From: Piromyces finnis finn
Lineage: Eukaryota; Fungi; Neocallimastigomycota
Length of the DNA: 64,000 bases
Assembly (NCBI GenBank): GCA_002104945.1
Contig: MCFH01000007.1
Span: forward strand, 806,001 to 870,000
Direction: 5' to 3'
The notes beneath the pieces were generated by a model. The model did not search any database, had not been told where the DNA came from, and saw nothing but the letters and a program-made list of their open reading frames with translations. A program made the position numbers and the translations under genes. Of this stretch, positions 62,907 through 64,000 are shown one piece after another (the first letter of the stretch is position 1; each line of letters begins with the position of its first letter).

Positions 62907-64000
62907 ATATTATTTTTTTTTTTCAACAAAAATTAATTTTTATAAATTTATACAGAAAATTCATGAAGTATCATTTGTGAAAAGGATGATAACTTTATAT
63001 TCAAAAAAGTTTTAATGAATATTTTTTGTAAAAATAATATGAATTAATATACTATATCAGTAAATCGATTCATATTGTAGAAACATATAGTAAGATTTCT
63101 ATTCGTTTTGCCTTTCAATTTTTTTCCTATCATGACATTAATAGAGTAAAGAAAAAAAAAAAAAAAAAAAAGTCATATTATAAAGCTAAAACTAAATATA
63201 AAAAATAAAATATAATGTTTATTACTTGAAACAACAATAATATTAGATTAGTGTTGTATAAAATTGGTGTAATATTTCATTATGACTTTATCAGTAAAGT
63301 GTTCTTTTATAATAATGATGACTTTAATATTAAATAAAGTTTTTATTATTTTGGATCTTAAAACTTTTTAATATACAAAACAATAAAATAATATATTTTA
63401 ATTTATTATCAGAATTTTGGAAAACTTTAATAATTAATAAAAATAAAATATTCTGAATTATGAAATTGGAAAAAATAATTAAAAAAAAAAAAAAAAATTG
63501 TGAATCAATTAACATTAATAAACGGATAGAGATAGCCCAGGTTGAAATAAAATTTTTTTATTTTATGTTATAAAATTGTTAAAAAGAAAAGCAAATAAAC
63601 ATTACATTTATAATGATAAGCATATTCCTATCTTTTATTATTGTTTAACATTCATACTAAATAAAAATTGGTTAAATAAATGTTATAAATAAACTAAAAA
63701 TAAATTTTTTGAATTTTCTATTTTTTTTTGTGCTTATGAGTTGGGTTACACAGCATAAATTAGAAAAAACTTTTTTTTATGTATAAATTAAATAATACGA
63801 AAAAAAAAATATATATATATAAATAAAATTTACTTTTATTTATTTACTTTGAAAAAAAAAAAATTAAACTTTATGATACCTTTATAAAACATCAGATTAA
63901 AACAATTATTACAAATAAAATTATAAAATAAAATCTCTTTTAAAAATATAAAAATTATACTCATTATAATAAAATTATAAAAAGAAAAAATTATATAACT

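Noticed and set aside
62950-63560. Possible further exons after the 4-TM gene, including ORF 63330-63515
   Set aside because: No coherent spliced frame; composition is intergenic.

Overview
Extremely AT-rich, intron-rich eukaryotic DNA, almost certainly from an anaerobic gut fungus (Neocallimastigomycota). The evidence is three fungal non-catalytic dockerins on a CAZyme, short AT-rich GT-AG introns, long (AAT)n and poly-A/T tracts, and a flagellar gene. The ORF track shows only exon fragments, so I rebuilt the genes by hand across introns. In order: a CBM21 PP1 glycogen-targeting subunit (open at the left edge, with a spliced Tyr/Ser/Asn-rich tail), a small 4-exon hypothetical gene, a YEA4/SLC35B4 nucleotide-sugar transporter, a PGM2/PRM15-type phosphomutase, cytoplasmic dynein intermediate chain, and NPL4. 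An ~11.8 kb near-empty region follows, holding one intronless basic 118-aa orphan ORF. Next come two tandem paralogous class-C-like 7TM receptors with beta-helix (pectin-lyase-like) plus EGF-like ectodomains, a SAXO/FAM154 axonemal protein, a decayed small Cys-rich secreted-peptide-like sequence, an orphan membrane-anchored protein, a secreted GH114 with three dockerins and a (TTTKK)n tail, and a small 4-TM protein. The best leads are the tandem receptor pair, the dockerin-bearing GH114, the orphan in the gene desert and the Cys-rich peptide relic. I found no tRNA, rRNA, CRISPR array or intact transposon. All family assignments come from motif recognition by eye, not database searches.
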